Virus record (IMG/VR): IMGVR_UViG_3300020442_000007
Span: 32,001-96,000 of that record
Direction: 5' to 3' (one strand)
Length of the DNA: 64,000 nt
Source: a virus
Shown: positions 63,137-64,000 of the stretch, one piece after another
Layout: every line of letters begins with the position of its first letter
Numbering within the stretch: position 1 is the stretch's first letter
Position numbers and translations under genes: made by a program
Notes under the pieces: generated by a model
Told to the model about the DNA's origin: nothing
The model's database searches: none
Seen by the model: the letters and a program-made list of their open reading frames with translations, nothing else

Positions 63137-64000
63137 TTATGCTATTCCTGAGCCAACGAACGCATATGTTGGTGTTGCTATAGAAATTGGACCGTTACAA
63201 CGGGTTTGTGACATGGTAAGATCTATGTCCAAATCTACTTGTTCATCTGTAAAAGGGTCGCCAGTATCAGCATCAGTCCATGAAAATTTGAAAGTAATAG
63301 TCCCATTATTATCATGTTTTGCTTCTACCTTTATACTGTTTTCTGCATACAATACATCAGATCCAAATTTTACAGCAATATCTTGATAACTTGTTGTTAA
63401 ATCTTCTGAACCAAACCCAGCTCCTACTGTTGCTGTTCCGGTTGTTGTAGTTGAACTATTTTTAAATGTTATGGTGCCAAAATTAGATAACATAGTTGCC
63501 CAATCTGCTGACTTAGTACCTGAACCATTTGAACCTGAAGTTGAAAATCTTATGTCTCCTCCAGTATTAAAAAAATGTCTTCTATGGTCATCACCGGTAG
63601 CAGTGACAGCACTACCATCATCATTCTTACATGTATATCCTCCAGCAAAAGTTACATTTACTTCTGCTGTAAGTGTAGTATTCCAACTAGATGTATATGA
63701 TGCTCCTGAAGTAGACGGCGTAATTTTTGATTCTAATACTAAGTGACTTGCAAACACTTGTTCAGGATCTGCTTCTATAGCTGTGAACGTTGGTCCAAAA
63801 TCATTTACGCCTTTATTAGCATCTGGATTTACAATAGTAAATGTATCTGTTGGATTGTCTCTCAACACCGTACTACCTGTACCAACATTTGATTCATCAG
63901 CACCGATAATATTACCACTTACTATTTCACCAATAGCAGTAGAAGTATTCAACTGATGTGCATGTATTAAATTTAAATCTGTTCTTAATCCAGCCCACTG
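63137..64000 (-). CDS. virion structural protein, 5'-truncated by window edge
   Basis: Frame open to 64000 (QWAGLRTDLNLIHAHQ...); Thr/Gly/Ser-rich; RRHFFNTGGDIRF. Confidence 0.7.
   Translation of the reverse strand, partial: QWAGLRTDLNLIHAHQLNTSTAIGEIVSGNIIGADESNVGTGSTVLRDNPTDTFTIVNPDANKGVNDFGPTFTAIEADPEQVFASHLVLESKITPSTSGASYTSSWNTTLTAEVNVTFAGGYTCKNDDGSAVTATGDDHRRHFFNTGGDIRFSTSGSNGSGTKSADWATMLSNFGTITFKNSSTTTTGTATVGAGFGSEDLTTSYQDIAVKFGSDVLYAENSIKVEAKHDNNGTITFKFSWTDADTGDPFTDEQVDLDIDLTMSQTRCNGPISIATPTYAFVGSGIA

Noticed and set aside
1-64000. CRISPR array, tRNAs, transposases, alternative genetic code
   Set aside because: No spaced direct repeats, tRNA motifs or transposase motifs seen; standard-code ORFs tile the window densely

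Overview
An AT-rich (roughly 30% GC by eye), gene-dense segment of a large T4-like dsDNA phage. The host is probably an alphaproteobacterium; this is inferred from the CCA-enzyme type and the TctA/TctC genes. No tRNA, rRNA, CRISPR array or transposase was seen. Five blocks: (1) 0-9.4 kb, putative head-packaged proteins with T4-like capsid-targeting N-termini, including a 1184-aa polyprotein (metallopeptidase + HAD nucleotidase + ParB + CCA-adding enzyme + ParB) and an annexin-repeat protein; (2) 9.5-25.7 kb, replication genes (family-B polymerase, clamp, RNase H) interleaved with a 7-deazaguanine DNA-modification set (DpdA, DpdL-like, FolE, QueE; no QueC or canonical QueD in the window), sugar-activation enzymes, a glycosyltransferase, PRTase, HIT and an MBD4-like glycosylase; (3) 25.7-34.5 kb, hypotheticals, a MoxR-AAA/vWA-peptidase pair separated by a perfect H-type pseudoknot, and a tail fibre; (4) 34.5-50 kb, a biosynthetic-like island built around a tripartite tricarboxylate transporter (TctC/TctA), with Fe/2OG oxygenase and sulfotransferase-like paralogues, APS kinase, an (R)-amine-transaminase-like enzyme, a minimal adenylating enzyme, GNAT, SGNH and methyltransferases; (5) 50-64 kb, minus strand, four radical-SAM/SPASM enzymes, several glycosyltransferases and a truncated virion protein. 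Nine sigma70 promoters (five perfect consensus) and T4-late-like boxes are visible. All calls come from motif recognition by eye; no searches were run.
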